Source: a virus. From it: a stretch of DNA of 64,000 nucleotides. Made by a program: the position numbers and the translations under genes. The stretch is taken from IMG/VR virus record IMGVR_UViG_3300044591_002613. The stretch is one strand, 5' to 3'. The notes beneath the pieces are model-generated. The model made no database searches and was not told where the DNA came from. It saw only the letters and a list, made by a program, of their open reading frames with translations. Positions 34,151-44,996 of the stretch are shown here, in pieces. Position 1 is the first letter of the stretch; every line of letters begins with the position of its first letter.

Positions 34151-34608
34151 TGCTTCCTAACAAACACTTCTTTTTGTAGGCGGCGAAAGACTTTTTCGAC
34201 ATAGAAGTCAAAGTGGTTCATGATTTCTTGGTCGTTGCTTGAATCTGTATTCATAATGTCGATGTCTTCGGTGTAGTGGTCGACATCAAAAACACAATGA
34301 ATAAGCTCATGGAATACTACTAGACGGCGATTGCTTTCGGTTAACACTTCTTTATCGATAATCACTCTAAGTTTTTTATCGGAGTAAATAGTACACTCAC
34401 CAATAGAGGGCCCCGGTAGTCGACCTACATATACTTTTAGATCGGTATTGGGAATACAAAACATTGCGGGAAAGTATAGTTGACATGTATCAAAAAATTC
34501 CACTACATCTTTCTGTAGCCGTGCATCTATTGTGTGGACGTTGCCAATATCCAATGTACGGCACGAAGACGACAACAACAGCAATGCCAGTAAAATTATT
34601 TTTCCCAT
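34147..34608 (-). CDS. Lipoprotein zinc metallopeptidase
   Basis: Lipobox-like SSSC; FHELIHCVFDVDH..IM; paralog of 8404. Confidence 0.75.
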   Translation of the reverse strand: MGKIILLALLLLSSSCRTLDIGNVHTIDARLQKDVVEFFDTCQLYFPAMFCIPNTDLKVYVGRLPGPSIGECTIYSDKKLRVIIDKEVLTESNRRLVVFHELIHCVFDVDHYTEDIDIMNTDSSNDQEIMNHFDFYVEKVFRRLQKEVFVRKQ

Positions 34609-34959
34609 TGTTCAAACCTTAATTCGTCTACGGACATAGGGCACTCTAGTATTGCTAGAGCTGTTTTTGCAATTATGAGGGCCAAACAATACATACTTTA
34701 GCCAAGTAGCAATACAAACAAAACAACTGCCAAGCCGACGATTACAAGTTCTACTGTCATTGTTTTATCCTCAAATGTTTGAATACGCCTCTTCCTTGTG
34801 GATAGGCAATTATTCCTTCTTGGCGGAGTAGGCGACACAAGTCTTCTATAAGATAGTCGGTTAATGCATTGCGTGACAAGCTGGCTTTTCGCTCTAGGTC
34901 TTCTATGCCAATCACTTTTTTATTGGCAGCTTTTATTATCTCGACCAATTCCTCTAGCA

Positions 34960-35343
34960 TCAAATTTCCTCGGCCAAGTTTTCTAAAAATTTGGCTTTTA
35001 GTTTTGATGCCGCTTTACCGTCGATAATTATTTCCTGCATAAGATTCATCCGCGCTTCGGCCACTTTTGCCCACTCATGTAGGGCTGCAATATATACAAT
35101 CAAACTTTCGTTTTCGGGCGTAGCGGGAAGGTCAATTAACGTATCAAGGTCGGAAGAAAGCTCTACCGTAGCAGGCTTATGATCTTTTGGATTCAATACG
35201 TACAGGACACTAAAGTTGTGCTCCATCCAATTGATTGAACCTTTGCAGCTTTCGTCTAGATCCTTCTTTCGGCGGTTATATAGGTCGAACATTATCTCTT
35301 TATACATCAGTCGGTCGTCCTTAAAGAGAGGCGCTGGCTTCAC
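34960..35343 (-). CDS. Hypothetical protein
   Basis: Operon ORF. Confidence 0.55.
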   Translation of the reverse strand: MKPAPLFKDDRLMYKEIMFDLYNRRKKDLDESCKGSINWMEHNFSVLYVLNPKDHKPATVELSSDLDTLIDLPATPENESLIVYIAALHEWAKVAEARMNLMQEIIIDGKAASKLKAKFLENLAEEI

Positions 35344-35665
35344 ATATGATAAATGTGAGGCTCAAATATTTGTGCACCTTATGGAATTCTGCTTGGAAGT
35401 GGTTATGGGTCACAACGTCAAACATATCGGTGTCGGCTACGGTACGCAACAAGTCGGCAGCAAACTCTCGCATTTCTTCTATAGACGGGGTGTAATCTAC
35501 TTTTTTGAGGGACAAGGGCTTAGAAGAAACAAACAGGCGGTCCCATTTTAGATTGAGCGTTGTGATAACTTTGTGAGCAGTTTCAAAATCAAACTCGGCC
35601 AAACACTGGTCAATAAGCTTGTCAACATCGGCTCGCGTAAGTGTTTGTATTAATTGAGAGTTCAT
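35321..35665 (-). CDS. Hypothetical protein
   Basis: EFDFE..HK....L..KW..PSIEEMR; paralog of 11184-11456. Confidence 0.65.
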   Translation of the reverse strand: MNSQLIQTLTRADVDKLIDQCLAEFDFETAHKVITTLNLKWDRLFVSSKPLSLKKVDYTPSIEEMREFAADLLRTVADTDMFDVVTHNHFQAEFHKVHKYLSLTFIICEASASL

Positions 35666-35692
35666 TTTTATTTTTTCCGCGTTGCCGTCTTA

Positions 35693-36106
35693 TTATTTAT
35701 CTTTATTTTCGTCATCTTTGACAATTTTTAAATGTTTTGCATCTGGTTTTTTAAGTTTTTCTAAAGGACGTTTTTTAGGCGGGGGAGGTGTTGGACGTTT
35801 TTTATTTTCGGTTTGTGGTGGGGCAATAGCCTTTTCTAAAAAAACTGCCTCAAAAATAAAATTGTACCAATCAGTTGCCTCTTCTTTAGAAGAAAAGAAA
35901 ATTCTATCAACGTTTTGAACCCCTTTTTCATTTTTATAGGCAAACTTTAGGAACCACGCGAGAGGTAATAGTTGTATACCTATCAGTTTGGCAAGAAATA
36001 TCAGTATAGGGTTAGTTTTTTTATGATTTATTTCTAATAGAACGGGCTGTACGTTTTTATATGCTACGTTGTATATTCTAAATGAAAACAATCTCATATT
36101 TGCCAT
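35693..36106 (-). CDS. Hypothetical protein with poly-Pro linker and HLKIVK tail
   Basis: RPTPPPPK...HLKIVKD. Confidence 0.6.
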   Translation of the reverse strand: MANMRLFSFRIYNVAYKNVQPVLLEINHKKTNPILIFLAKLIGIQLLPLAWFLKFAYKNEKGVQNVDRIFFSSKEEATDWYNFIFEAVFLEKAIAPPQTENKKRPTPPPPKKRPLEKLKKPDAKHLKIVKDDENKDK

Positions 36107-36202
36107 TATAAAAGCGCCTTCTAATAATCTGTAGATTATTTTAATAATAACATTTTACATACGCCTATAACTGCCTATAAATAAATGAAAATAAATAACC
36201 GA

Positions 36203-36466
36203 TTACAAGATATTCTTATTTTTCAACGCTATTCCAAAATTTGGATCTGCTTTGATTGATGTAAATGTATCATCAAGAATTTCCACTATTCTTAGCTTTT
36301 TATTTAGGTCGGGTTCACAGACCCATGCGCGGGCAAGATCGTAAAAATGGTCGTGTAAAACGGCATAATAAGTCAAATCGTCAATGAATTCACTCGAAAC
36401 ATTTTGATAGTTCATCATCTTGGCGATAAAATCCATTTGTCTTTTTTTAACTTGTAATGGAACCAT
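36203..36466 (-). CDS. Hypothetical protein
   Basis: Operon ORF. Confidence 0.55.
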   Translation of the reverse strand: MVPLQVKKRQMDFIAKMMNYQNVSSEFIDDLTYYAVLHDHFYDLARAWVCEPDLNKKLRIVEILDDTFTSIKADPNFGIALKNKNIL

Positions 36467-36832
36467 TTATTTTTTCCAAAATGTGCTACCAAGCAGCCTA
36501 ACTGCGGCCCAGTATGAATAAATAATGGGTGTATTTACCATTTTTGAATACCATTTATGCTGAGCTAAATTTTTCTTCATAAGTTCTAGAAAAATATCAT
36601 CAGCCTCTTTACGAGAAAACTCTGACTGGTTTGAATAGATACTATATAGATAGTCGTGAACATTAGCGCCAAGCGTTACGGAAAATTTAAAAAACCATTT
36701 ATCGCGTACCCAGTTTCCAAATTTTTGCGGACCCGCACCATTTATATGCTCTTTATATAAATCAGGATAGTTCTGTTTGAATTTTAAATATTCTATAACC
36801 GCTTGGTCTGTTTTATTGCCATTAATTTTCAT
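36467..36832 (-). CDS. DUF1353-like phage protein
   Basis: HDYLY...SRKEADDIFL...AVRL.G. Confidence 0.7.
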   Translation of the reverse strand: MKINGNKTDQAVIEYLKFKQNYPDLYKEHINGAGPQKFGNWVRDKWFFKFSVTLGANVHDYLYSIYSNQSEFSRKEADDIFLELMKKNLAQHKWYSKMVNTPIIYSYWAAVRLLGSTFWKK

Positions 36833-36988
36833 TTAGCCTCTTCTGCATCTCTAATAACCTTGATAATTTCCTGTATTTTTGCGGGACTCATCCCTTTTTG
36901 GATCAGAAGTAGTGATAAATGTGCAATGGTTTTATTTAATATTTTTATTTCTTTTTTCTTTTTACCGAATAAATCTAACATATTAGCC

Positions 36989-37291
36989 TCATGTAATTTT
37001 TGCTGGTGCAGTTGTCATGCCGGTGCCAGGACCAACAGTCACTTGGCTTGCTGGAGAACCCGCTGTTGGTATTCCTGGATTAACTGTAACTGCAATCCCG
37101 GGAAGAATTTCCGCATCTGTTTGGATAGCAAGCACAATATCTTCTGCAATTTCGGAAATTGCCGTGGCCATTTTCTCCCAAGAAGCGGAGGCTGTTTTAT
37201 TTTCCGCTTGGTCGCCTTGAAATTGTGATTGAAAAGACTGTAGTAGACGTGCCTTCATGGCTGCTTTTAGTTTTGCTGCTACTAATGGCAT
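36989..37291 (-). CDS. Putative tail spike/baseplate-associated small protein
   Basis: ATAI...V.PGI.....G.G pattern typical of small spike-associated proteins. Confidence 0.45.
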   Translation of the reverse strand: MPLVAAKLKAAMKARLLQSFQSQFQGDQAENKTASASWEKMATAISEIAEDIVLAIQTDAEILPGIAVTVNPGIPTAGSPASQVTVGPGTGMTTAPAKIT

Positions 37292-38332
37292 ATTTACTCC
37301 TTTAAATCTAAAATTTCAGCTGTTTTGTTGCCTATCATTTCGTTGTCATAAATCACAACACTTAATGGGCCTAAAGCATATATCTTTAGACATTCTCCGC
37401 TACGAATATACCAATTCCAATGCGTAAAACTTATAGTAATTTCGTAATTTTTTTTCTTAGTATCAACGCATAAGGTGCAAAAAAAGTGAACACTCATGGA
37501 TTAATTCTCAAAAAAAGAGTACCGTTGTTTTGTAAATCGTAAATATTTACAACTGGTTTAAACCATTTATCATTAATACGGTGAATTCTATAGTCACTTA
37601 TGTCCATGTAGTAACTTAGATGTGGTTTAATCGTTTGAAAAATTTCTTGATTAGTTGGAAATTGGCTCATACGTACAGTTTCTAAATATTCTTCGGATGA
37701 ATATTTAATATTAAAAACTTTGTAATCATGTTTATCTGCAAAAGACATACATTCTCCAAAATTAATCGATGTCAGATGTAGCTTTATTACATTCACTCCA
37801 AATTTCTTGTATCATCCTAGACATTTTTTGAGCCCACTCGTTAAAATCTTGTCCTTCTTCTGGCGGATCGATTCCCATATCGTATTTTTCAAATGCTCGA
37901 ATTTTCTGGCTTATATCGTATAGAGAAATATAAAGATTTCTAGCACGAGTTGTTAATATATATTCATTATTATCTTCGGGAAGATTAAATTCCAAAATAG
38001 CTTTCATCTTCGTCACCCTCGTATAAATATTTGTCATAATAAAGATGCAATTCACGCAAGGAGCAGCCAATCATGCCAGCACATTTACCTTGGCTTATAT
38101 ATCCATTGCGATACAAATATTTAATGATTGTAAATGAGGTACATACTTTGTACATGCGAAACAGTTCTTCTAACTGACTTTCAGGAGCGTCTGGATCACC
38201 CAGCACGGAAAATAACACACTGCGTGCCATGTTTTGACGCAATATTACTGCTTTTCTTTTATAGAGATTCATGAAAAAGCTCCCGTAATACCGCTGCAAT
38301 AACAAGGATAATAAAAATTACAAATATGTCTG

Positions 38333-39388
38333 TCATATAGACTCACATAGATTAAACAAATACATGTTTAATCTAAACATAGCTTCGTTCCAATTTTCTG
38401 ACGAGGCACACAAGTTTATGCGTAAAAACCCTTTCTTATCAGCTCCGCATTTTCGACCGTCCATGAAATTGATTTCAGAGTACAAAAACGCATTATGTTC
38501 ATCATTAATCCAGCCAAACATACCATTATCAATCATAAAATTTTTATTATTGAATTCCATTCCATGAATATCGGAAAATTTTTTTAACACCTCACGCAGC
38601 TCATCTTTTCTTGCGTCTAGAAGTTTTTTATATTCACTTCCAATATCTTTTTCCATAAATACTTCTAGCACTGTGGCAGCACGGGCCTGAGCTTCTACAG
38701 ATACTCCGCTAGTATCGTATTCAACGTATGAGTTTAAATAGTTGGCTAAATGGTGATCGCTGTTAATTACCGCCCATCCAATTCGAGATCCACAATGTCC
38801 TGTGCATTTTGAAAGACTAAAAATAGCAATTTCTGGAATTGGCGGCAGAGGATTCTTTTCCCAGTCAGATTGATTTCTAAAATACCATGGCCAATGATAA
38901 ACAGCGTCGTACCATACATTTGGCCAACTTCCAAAATTACCTAAAATTTTTCCGTCGGGATTATTTGGATATGTAATTAGTTGTACTTGACTTTCTGTTT
39001 GAATCTGATCTGTGATATTGGCATGTTGCATTTTTGCCATGTCTGGAATTCTAAACCAATATGGTTTTGGAACATAAACAGAAGAATAAGTATCGGCAGC
39101 CAATGCAAGCAATGCCATTAGCATATGTGTTGCGCCGTTTGACACAATAATTTTGGAGCCAGGCATGATTATATTTGGATGATATTTTTCGTGAAGCCGT
39201 CTAATCTGCAACTCAAGTTCTGGTAAAATTCCAGTTTTGTTATACGGCATCAGTTCGTGCATTTTAATAGATTTACTAGCCCCGGCTTCAAACAGCCCCG
39301 GCGAGGATTGCAGATATTCTTTGAATAAATCTGGGGCTCCAATCAATAAATCCGCACTCATTCTTTTCACCCTACTTATTTTTTGCAC
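38333..39388 (-). CDS. PLP-dependent enzyme, alliinase/TAA1-like (Alliinase_C)
   Basis: PNNPDG, YDAVYHWPWY, SLSKCTGHCGSRIGWA (PLP Lys). Confidence 0.8.
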   Translation of the reverse strand: MQKISRVKRMSADLLIGAPDLFKEYLQSSPGLFEAGASKSIKMHELMPYNKTGILPELELQIRRLHEKYHPNIIMPGSKIIVSNGATHMLMALLALAADTYSSVYVPKPYWFRIPDMAKMQHANITDQIQTESQVQLITYPNNPDGKILGNFGSWPNVWYDAVYHWPWYFRNQSDWEKNPLPPIPEIAIFSLSKCTGHCGSRIGWAVINSDHHLANYLNSYVEYDTSGVSVEAQARAATVLEVFMEKDIGSEYKKLLDARKDELREVLKKFSDIHGMEFNNKNFMIDNGMFGWINDEHNAFLYSEINFMDGRKCGADKKGFLRINLCASSENWNEAMFRLNMYLFNLCESI

Positions 39389-40104
39389 CTTAAATTTCTT
39401 TTTCGTCTATAATCTGCAATGTACCATCAAAAATAAAACCAGCGCCACGCAATGTTTGCTCAAAACAACGAATAAGTTCGTGGAGAGATTCGTTGTAATT
39501 TTCTGCGGTATATTTTTCAACCGTTTGATTATTTAGATTTCGGTGTTCAATTATGATTGTGGTTTTCATAGAAAATATTTCTTCTTGATTGGCTTGATAA
39601 CTTTTATTTTTCATATAAGCTCCATACAAAATTTAATGAACGATTTAATTGAGTATCTATTTTTTGTCGGGTTATTCCAGTTTTGAAAATATACTGCATC
39701 TTCCATTTTGGCCAGTAAAGATATTCCTTCTTCTATAGACAAAGTTGTGTCTTTTGTAAAAAGATATGCGTACTCTGGAGTTTTTTGCGCAAAACACACT
39801 TTTTTTGTAAGAGTTTCTCGAAAGTCATCGTCATTTGGGCCTTTTGGATAATATTTAACTAAAAGTATTTGATTGTAATTTAAATCTGGAGAATCTTTTA
39901 GAAAAATAATGCCATATTTATCCACAGCTACCATCCTTTGGCAGGATGATTACTTCACGTTTTACAATCCATATATTGTATTTATATATTTCATGTAAAC
40001 CTAAAATTGAATAATCAGCTAGGCAATCTTCTACCGAAGAATAAACATGATTGAAGTTTAGATCTTGAGCATCTCTTATAGGATCAGGAGTATAAATGGT
40101 TACT

Positions 40105-40575
40105 TCAATTAACTCGTTTTCGTTTTGATTTATGGCCATTTGTACGTGACTCCTTAGCTCGTAGGTCAACGTACTCGTTATGGTACACACCACTATGACC
40201 TTTGACCCATTCCCAGCTTATATTTTGGGATTTGACGAGTGGTAAGAGTTGTTGCCATAAATCTTTATTACGCGCCGGCTTGCCATTACAGGTTTTCCAC
40301 TCGTTCTTTTCCCAACGCTCTACCCATTTATTTGTAAACGCTCTTATAAGATATTGACTATCTGTTTTAATAACCACCGAGCTGTTTTTAGGCAGGCATT
40401 TAAGGGCTTCTAGAACTGCAACTATTTCCATACGGTTGTTTGTGGCGTGCTCATGATGACCGGCGCCTTCTGTAAGAGTACTGCCGTCTTCTTTTAGAAT
40501 AATAAAAGCGTACCCTCCTGCCCAAGAGTTGTGGTGCCCTTGAGAAGATGATCCATCCGTATATATAATGAACAT
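40105..40575 (-). CDS. rnhA: Ribonuclease HI
   Basis: IYTDGS, TNNRMEI, TDSQY, WVKGHSG..NE..D. Confidence 0.95.
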   Translation of the reverse strand: MFIIYTDGSSSQGHHNSWAGGYAFIILKEDGSTLTEGAGHHEHATNNRMEIVAVLEALKCLPKNSSVVIKTDSQYLIRAFTNKWVERWEKNEWKTCNGKPARNKDLWQQLLPLVKSQNISWEWVKGHSGVYHNEYVDLRAKESRTNGHKSKRKRVN

Positions 40576-41417
40576 TAAATCCCCGCAAACTCGCAGGTAA
40601 TCTGTTTTCCGTAGTAGCCGGAAACTAACTGTTTATTTTTTTCAATTCGCATAAGTAGCGAATTTAACCGAGCCTCAAATATGCGAGGACCAGGAAGTTG
40701 GCCAGATTGCGAAAGGCTATCCATACTTACAGTAATCCCCGTTGTTGGAAACAACAATGGGCCTAGTTCGGACAACATGTTGTATGTTGTTAGATCCAAA
40801 ATAAGCTGCCATACAATTACTGGTAGCTTATCCTGATCAAAGCCTGCTTGATAAGCCATGCGAATGCCAGAAGGCCGGTAGGATGTAAGTGAGAGGTTGA
40901 ACATAGGAATGTTTGCACTGCCTTGTACAACAGTTGGGGCTAGAACACCTGTAGTTGCAATTACGTTTACCTTGCTGATATTAGGTTCCCAGCTAATCCA
41001 TGAATCAGGAATTCTATAAACTAAGGTAGATGGGTCGCGAGTACCATTAGGGAATCGCAATTCGATGTATTCAACTTTTCTTAACGGATACTTTTTAGGC
41101 AACATTGGAAAGAAGCGAGTTCCTCCCAAGCCCTCATCATTGAAGTCTTCAATCATATAAGTGATGATTGGGCTGAGGATCATTCCTTGCATTTCTAGCT
41201 GAGAAATTGCCGCCTGAAGATGGAAGGCAACGTACTCTTCAGTAATCTGTTCATTAGTCATTGGGAATGTTTTAGGAATACCAACAAGACCAAATTGCAA
41301 AACATCGCTAGGAGTTACCATTTCTTTAAAACGTTTAAAACTACCTTCGATTTCTACAAATTCATTATCATCTGTGTTTGAATAATGTGGAAATGTAGAA
41401 CCGATATTAATAGTCAT
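40575..41417 (-). CDS. Putative head-tail adaptor/neck protein
   Basis: Y.AGF...LP..., GI...S.DSLSQS pattern; structural context. Confidence 0.55.
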   Translation of the reverse strand: MTINIGSTFPHYSNTDDNEFVEIEGSFKRFKEMVTPSDVLQFGLVGIPKTFPMTNEQITEEYVAFHLQAAISQLEMQGMILSPIITYMIEDFNDEGLGGTRFFPMLPKKYPLRKVEYIELRFPNGTRDPSTLVYRIPDSWISWEPNISKVNVIATTGVLAPTVVQGSANIPMFNLSLTSYRPSGIRMAYQAGFDQDKLPVIVWQLILDLTTYNMLSELGPLLFPTTGITVSMDSLSQSGQLPGPRIFEARLNSLLMRIEKNKQLVSGYYGKQITCEFAGI

Positions 41418-41750
41418 TTAAACACCAAACAAAATTTTTACAAGTAATGCTATGCCGCCAGACACAAGAATGCCAATACCCCATTTAATAAAACTCACTA
41501 CGGATTTAAATCCAATTGAATCTTTTTCAAGAAGATCTGTACGGCGCATGTGTTCTTTTAGTGATTCGGTATTTTGCTCAAGAATTTTTTCTTGTTGTTC
41601 TAGAATGAAATTTTGTTTTACCCCGAGGACAGCTAGAGTGTTTATCGTTTCATTAATTTTTACTAATTGTTCATCAATATTATGTATTTTGTCAGAAATA
41701 TTACAGATTTTTTCTGCAAGAACTAAATTATTAACAGATTTTTTTTCCAT
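41418..41750 (-). CDS. Coiled-coil protein with C-terminal TM (holin/XhlA-like)
   Basis: Heptads then GIGILVSGGIALLV. Confidence 0.5.
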   Translation of the reverse strand: MEKKSVNNLVLAEKICNISDKIHNIDEQLVKINETINTLAVLGVKQNFILEQQEKILEQNTESLKEHMRRTDLLEKDSIGFKSVVSFIKWGIGILVSGGIALLVKILFGV

Positions 41751-41807
41751 AATATAAATCCATGCAAAATTAATTATTAATTATAATAACATATTCATTG
41801 ATTATAA

Positions 41808-42365
41808 TTAATCTTTTACAACTATGGTAACGACTTCTCCAGGTTCTACCGCTTGATTTCCGCTCTGAGTAAGATCATTTATAAAATAAAGATATTTTCT
41901 AGAACCTAGAATTTGTAATTCATAGTCAATGTTTTGTACTAAACAAACTCTATCTAGAGCCAACATCAAAATAGAAAAATTTCCATCTTGAGTGACATCG
42001 ATTCTGTTTTCGACACATTGTTCGGGCGTAAGAACATATTGGAGTTGCCGTGTATTTGATTCTGTTGCTACGGAATTATATACAAAAGTAAGAACTTCAC
42101 CAGCTTCTAGAGCTGAAATGCCAGAAGGCGCTAATTCATTCATAAATTGAATGAATGTTGAAGAATTTTCTTTAACGATTTGATAATCTATGTTCTGGAC
42201 TAGGCACAATCTGTCTAAAGTCAGAAATAGCGGTGTGATTTCATGAAAATAAGTAATATCAATTCTTCCAGAATTGGCATTTTCTTCTGTTATATATATA
42301 AGCGATTGCTCAGTTGTATTGAATAAGCTGGGATTTATCGCATATGATATAAACGGAGCTGGCAT
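41808..42365 (-). CDS. Virion protein with internal duplication
   Basis: LDRLCLVQNIDY / LDRVCLVQNIDY. Confidence 0.65.
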   Translation of the reverse strand: MPAPFISYAINPSLFNTTEQSLIYITEENANSGRIDITYFHEITPLFLTLDRLCLVQNIDYQIVKENSSTFIQFMNELAPSGISALEAGEVLTFVYNSVATESNTRQLQYVLTPEQCVENRIDVTQDGNFSILMLALDRVCLVQNIDYELQILGSRKYLYFINDLTQSGNQAVEPGEVVTIVVKD

Positions 42366-42751
42366 TAGCTAAGTTCTCCAACAGAAATCTGGCCCGTTCC
42401 TGTTACAACTTTAGCGTAAAGTGTAATGTTTGACCCACAGGGGAGCATTACAAATTGATTTTTAAAAATATCAAAAGGTTGACTTTCTTCTGAAAAGCCC
42501 CAGACAACAGAATTAGTTAATCCCTGAAGAATTATGTATTTTCTGTTTTCTAAATTAGAAACGTTTATTCGTAAGGGCACCGGGGTAGAAGTGAGAGATA
42601 TAACTCCGCTGACTGCGGCTGTGTTCATGATATCTGTAGTTTGTAGATCGCCATTGGGTGACGCATTTACAAAATTAGTTTCTTGACCAGAGCCATTAGC
42701 TCCCGCAATTTTTATGGTATCAGAGGATTCTAGAGAATTTAAATCACCCAT
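42365..42751 (-). CDS. Putative virion structural protein
   Basis: Beta-rich, structural cluster. Confidence 0.55.
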   Translation of the reverse strand: MGDLNSLESSDTIKIAGANGSGQETNFVNASPNGDLQTTDIMNTAAVSGVISLTSTPVPLRINVSNLENRKYIILQGLTNSVVWGFSEESQPFDIFKNQFVMLPCGSNITLYAKVVTGTGQISVGELS

Positions 42752-42778
42752 TGAAAATAATACCTTTCAATAAAGTTA

Positions 42779-42813
42779 TAGCCGAGTGATTTCTCCTCGG
42801 CTACTACTTTTTT
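42779..42813. terminator. Terminator hairpin
   Basis: TAGCCGAG/CTCGGCTA stem with T tract, downstream of the 42838 gene. Confidence 0.6.
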
Positions 42814-42837
42814 GCATTAATTATTAATTAATGACTA

Positions 42838-43599
42838 TTAAATTTCGTGGCCGCAAATTGTGCAGTACAAATCCATGGGAGAAGTATCTCTATTGGTAAT
42901 TGTAACGCGAACTTTAGCGCCGGCAGAAACTGAAACGTTTTCATGAATGGATGCAAGAATGTTGGGGTTTGCAGAAGAGTTGAACATAACAAATTTAGTG
43001 ATAAAAGAACCAGATCCGGCAGCTGATTCAACTTTGATTTCTGCCTTAACTTTTCCTGATGCAGAAACATGAATTTGGGATAATTTTAAAACCTTACTCG
43101 CAGAAACGACATACTCGACATCAGCAGAAGATCCGGCAGCAACGGAGGCGGCGGAATCAAATGCATTTACTTCATCCCCTTCTGAGTCTACAGAGGTTAC
43201 GGGGAGAGGATTTGATGCAGAAAATACTTGACCATTTTCGTCATGGATAGAGACATCAAGTAAACGTTTGCTGCCTTGCGTAACGGAAGTTAGCCTTTGA
43301 GTCTGGGTGTTATGATCCGGACTTTCGCTACGTTCACTTGCGACCAAACCAACGTTACCTGGCTTGCTGTTACCAGTAGCGCTGTAAACGCCGTCAGGTG
43401 TTAATGCGCCTTCTTCGCTTAATCTTAAAACTTGGTCAGATGAAGATGGATCATTGCCATGCATTTCTACATGAGAATTGCCGTCAGCATCAACGATCTG
43501 GCCCTTAGAAGGGTCAGTAAAGTCAACAATTTTAGACTGTACCTTTTCTTGTGGATCGCCTTCGGTTCTAATAGGGAGACTTGAATTATAATCAGCCAT
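42838..43599 (-). CDS. Putative virion structural protein
   Basis: Ser/Ala/Val-rich beta protein, AGGAG RBS, own terminator. Confidence 0.6.
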   Translation of the reverse strand: MADYNSSLPIRTEGDPQEKVQSKIVDFTDPSKGQIVDADGNSHVEMHGNDPSSSDQVLRLSEEGALTPDGVYSATGNSKPGNVGLVASERSESPDHNTQTQRLTSVTQGSKRLLDVSIHDENGQVFSASNPLPVTSVDSEGDEVNAFDSAASVAAGSSADVEYVVSASKVLKLSQIHVSASGKVKAEIKVESAAGSGSFITKFVMFNSSANPNILASIHENVSVSAGAKVRVTITNRDTSPMDLYCTICGHEI

Positions 43600-43647
43600 T
43601 TTATAAAACTCCTAAAAAAATGTCTAAAGAATGATAGCATAAATTAA

Positions 43648-43833
43648 TCAAGGATTCATTTTTTGTCTCAGCTCTTCTTCTTTTTGGCTTTGAATACCAA
43701 TTTCTTTTTTAATCCTTTCAATCGCTTCTTCTAACTCGCAAAGTTTTACTTCCATTTCTAATCTAGCCGCTATAACACGAGCCAGTTCGGCGGATGCTTT
43801 CTTTTTTTGAATTTCAAGAGACATAACATACAC
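43648..43833 (-). CDS. Small coiled-coil protein
   Basis: Heptad pattern. Confidence 0.55.
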   Translation of the reverse strand: MYVMSLEIQKKKASAELARVIAARLEMEVKLCELEEAIERIKKEIGIQSQKEEELRQKMNP

Positions 43834-43835
43834 CT

Positions 43836-44576
43836 TTATACGACTGTGATTTGTTCTACTATCTGAATTCGTCCATCGAACTGACCTAGTCCTGGGCGAT
43901 TATGCACGACTGTGATCTTAACAGTCGATCCACCGGGGGCAATCATACCCGAAGAAATTGCATCTGTAAAATCAAACTGGCCTGTTAACCCAATTCCATG
44001 ATGAGTGCGCCTGGCTGCCTGTTGGATATTATCTATATAAACTTTATATAATCCAATTTGTTCGCCAGAATATTCGGCACGAACGATAACCGCTCTTTTC
44101 CCCGGGGGTACTACGTATTGTACAATCTGAGTTTCAATGTTTGCCGGCACTCCAGTTACAGAACCAAAAAAGTTTCTGGAAATGTCAGAATCTTCAACTG
44201 ATGTTGCAGAAATATTTACATTAATTGAGCCATCTTGATTGATTTTTGGTGTAACGTTGCTAGTATCACCCTTCCAATAAATCTGGTATGGCGTTCCAGA
44301 AAAATTATCTGGTTTAATTTTTGCATAAACCCAATTATGAACCGAGCAGAAAAATGGCGTATTTCCCATAACTGTTTGAATGGTAGAAAAATTTATACCA
44401 TCCATTGACACCAGAACTGAAATACTATCAGTAGAAAGTGCGCCTATCGCCTGAATTCGTATGGCGTTCAAGCCAGTGCAATTAAAAATTATTTGATCGT
44501 TTATGCCGCCAATAGTAGAGCTGCTTGCCTGCGTAAGCTCAAAGCTTGGCGGAATATTTATTGCATAACCGCCCAT
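43836..44576 (-). CDS. Putative virion structural protein
   Basis: C-terminal domain resembles that of 42838 (YVV...K.....G..V..T). Confidence 0.55.
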   Translation of the reverse strand: MGGYAINIPPSFELTQASSSTIGGINDQIIFNCTGLNAIRIQAIGALSTDSISVLVSMDGINFSTIQTVMGNTPFFCSVHNWVYAKIKPDNFSGTPYQIYWKGDTSNVTPKINQDGSINVNISATSVEDSDISRNFFGSVTGVPANIETQIVQYVVPPGKRAVIVRAEYSGEQIGLYKVYIDNIQQAARRTHHGIGLTGQFDFTDAISSGMIAPGGSTVKITVVHNRPGLGQFDGRIQIVEQITVV

Positions 44577-44579
44577 CGA

Positions 44580-44984
44580 TTAACCCCATGTAAATAGTCT
44601 GATACGCGTATTTGGGTAAGAAAGAGCAGATCCACCGCCGCTGTAACTGACATAAATTTCAGTTCCGGCTTCTAGCAGAAGATTATTTGATGCTAAATCA
44701 AAGTTAAATGCTTGACCAGGACCAATCGACATCCATCGTTGTCTAGTTTTAGCTGGGTCTGTCGCAACAACCCAAATATCAAGTTCTACATTCATACCGT
44801 TGTGAATATAAAGAATTTTAGATTCTTGGGATGTTTTAAGAAGGCGTTTTGCGGTAGAAGAATCAACAGCTGTAAGAGGCAGAAGGGCTGCAGATGGTGG
44901 AATTGATGTTGCACCGGGGGCCCATAACTCTGCATACTCGCTTCTGATTTGTGAGTTATCTTTAATAAATAGTCCTGAAGACAT
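44580..44984 (-). CDS. Putative virion structural protein
   Basis: Structural cluster. Confidence 0.55.
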   Translation of the reverse strand: MSSGLFIKDNSQIRSEYAELWAPGATSIPPSAALLPLTAVDSSTAKRLLKTSQESKILYIHNGMNVELDIWVVATDPAKTRQRWMSIGPGQAFNFDLASNNLLLEAGTEIYVSYSGGGSALSYPNTRIRLFTWG

Positions 44985-44996
44985 TTTTTAATCCTC

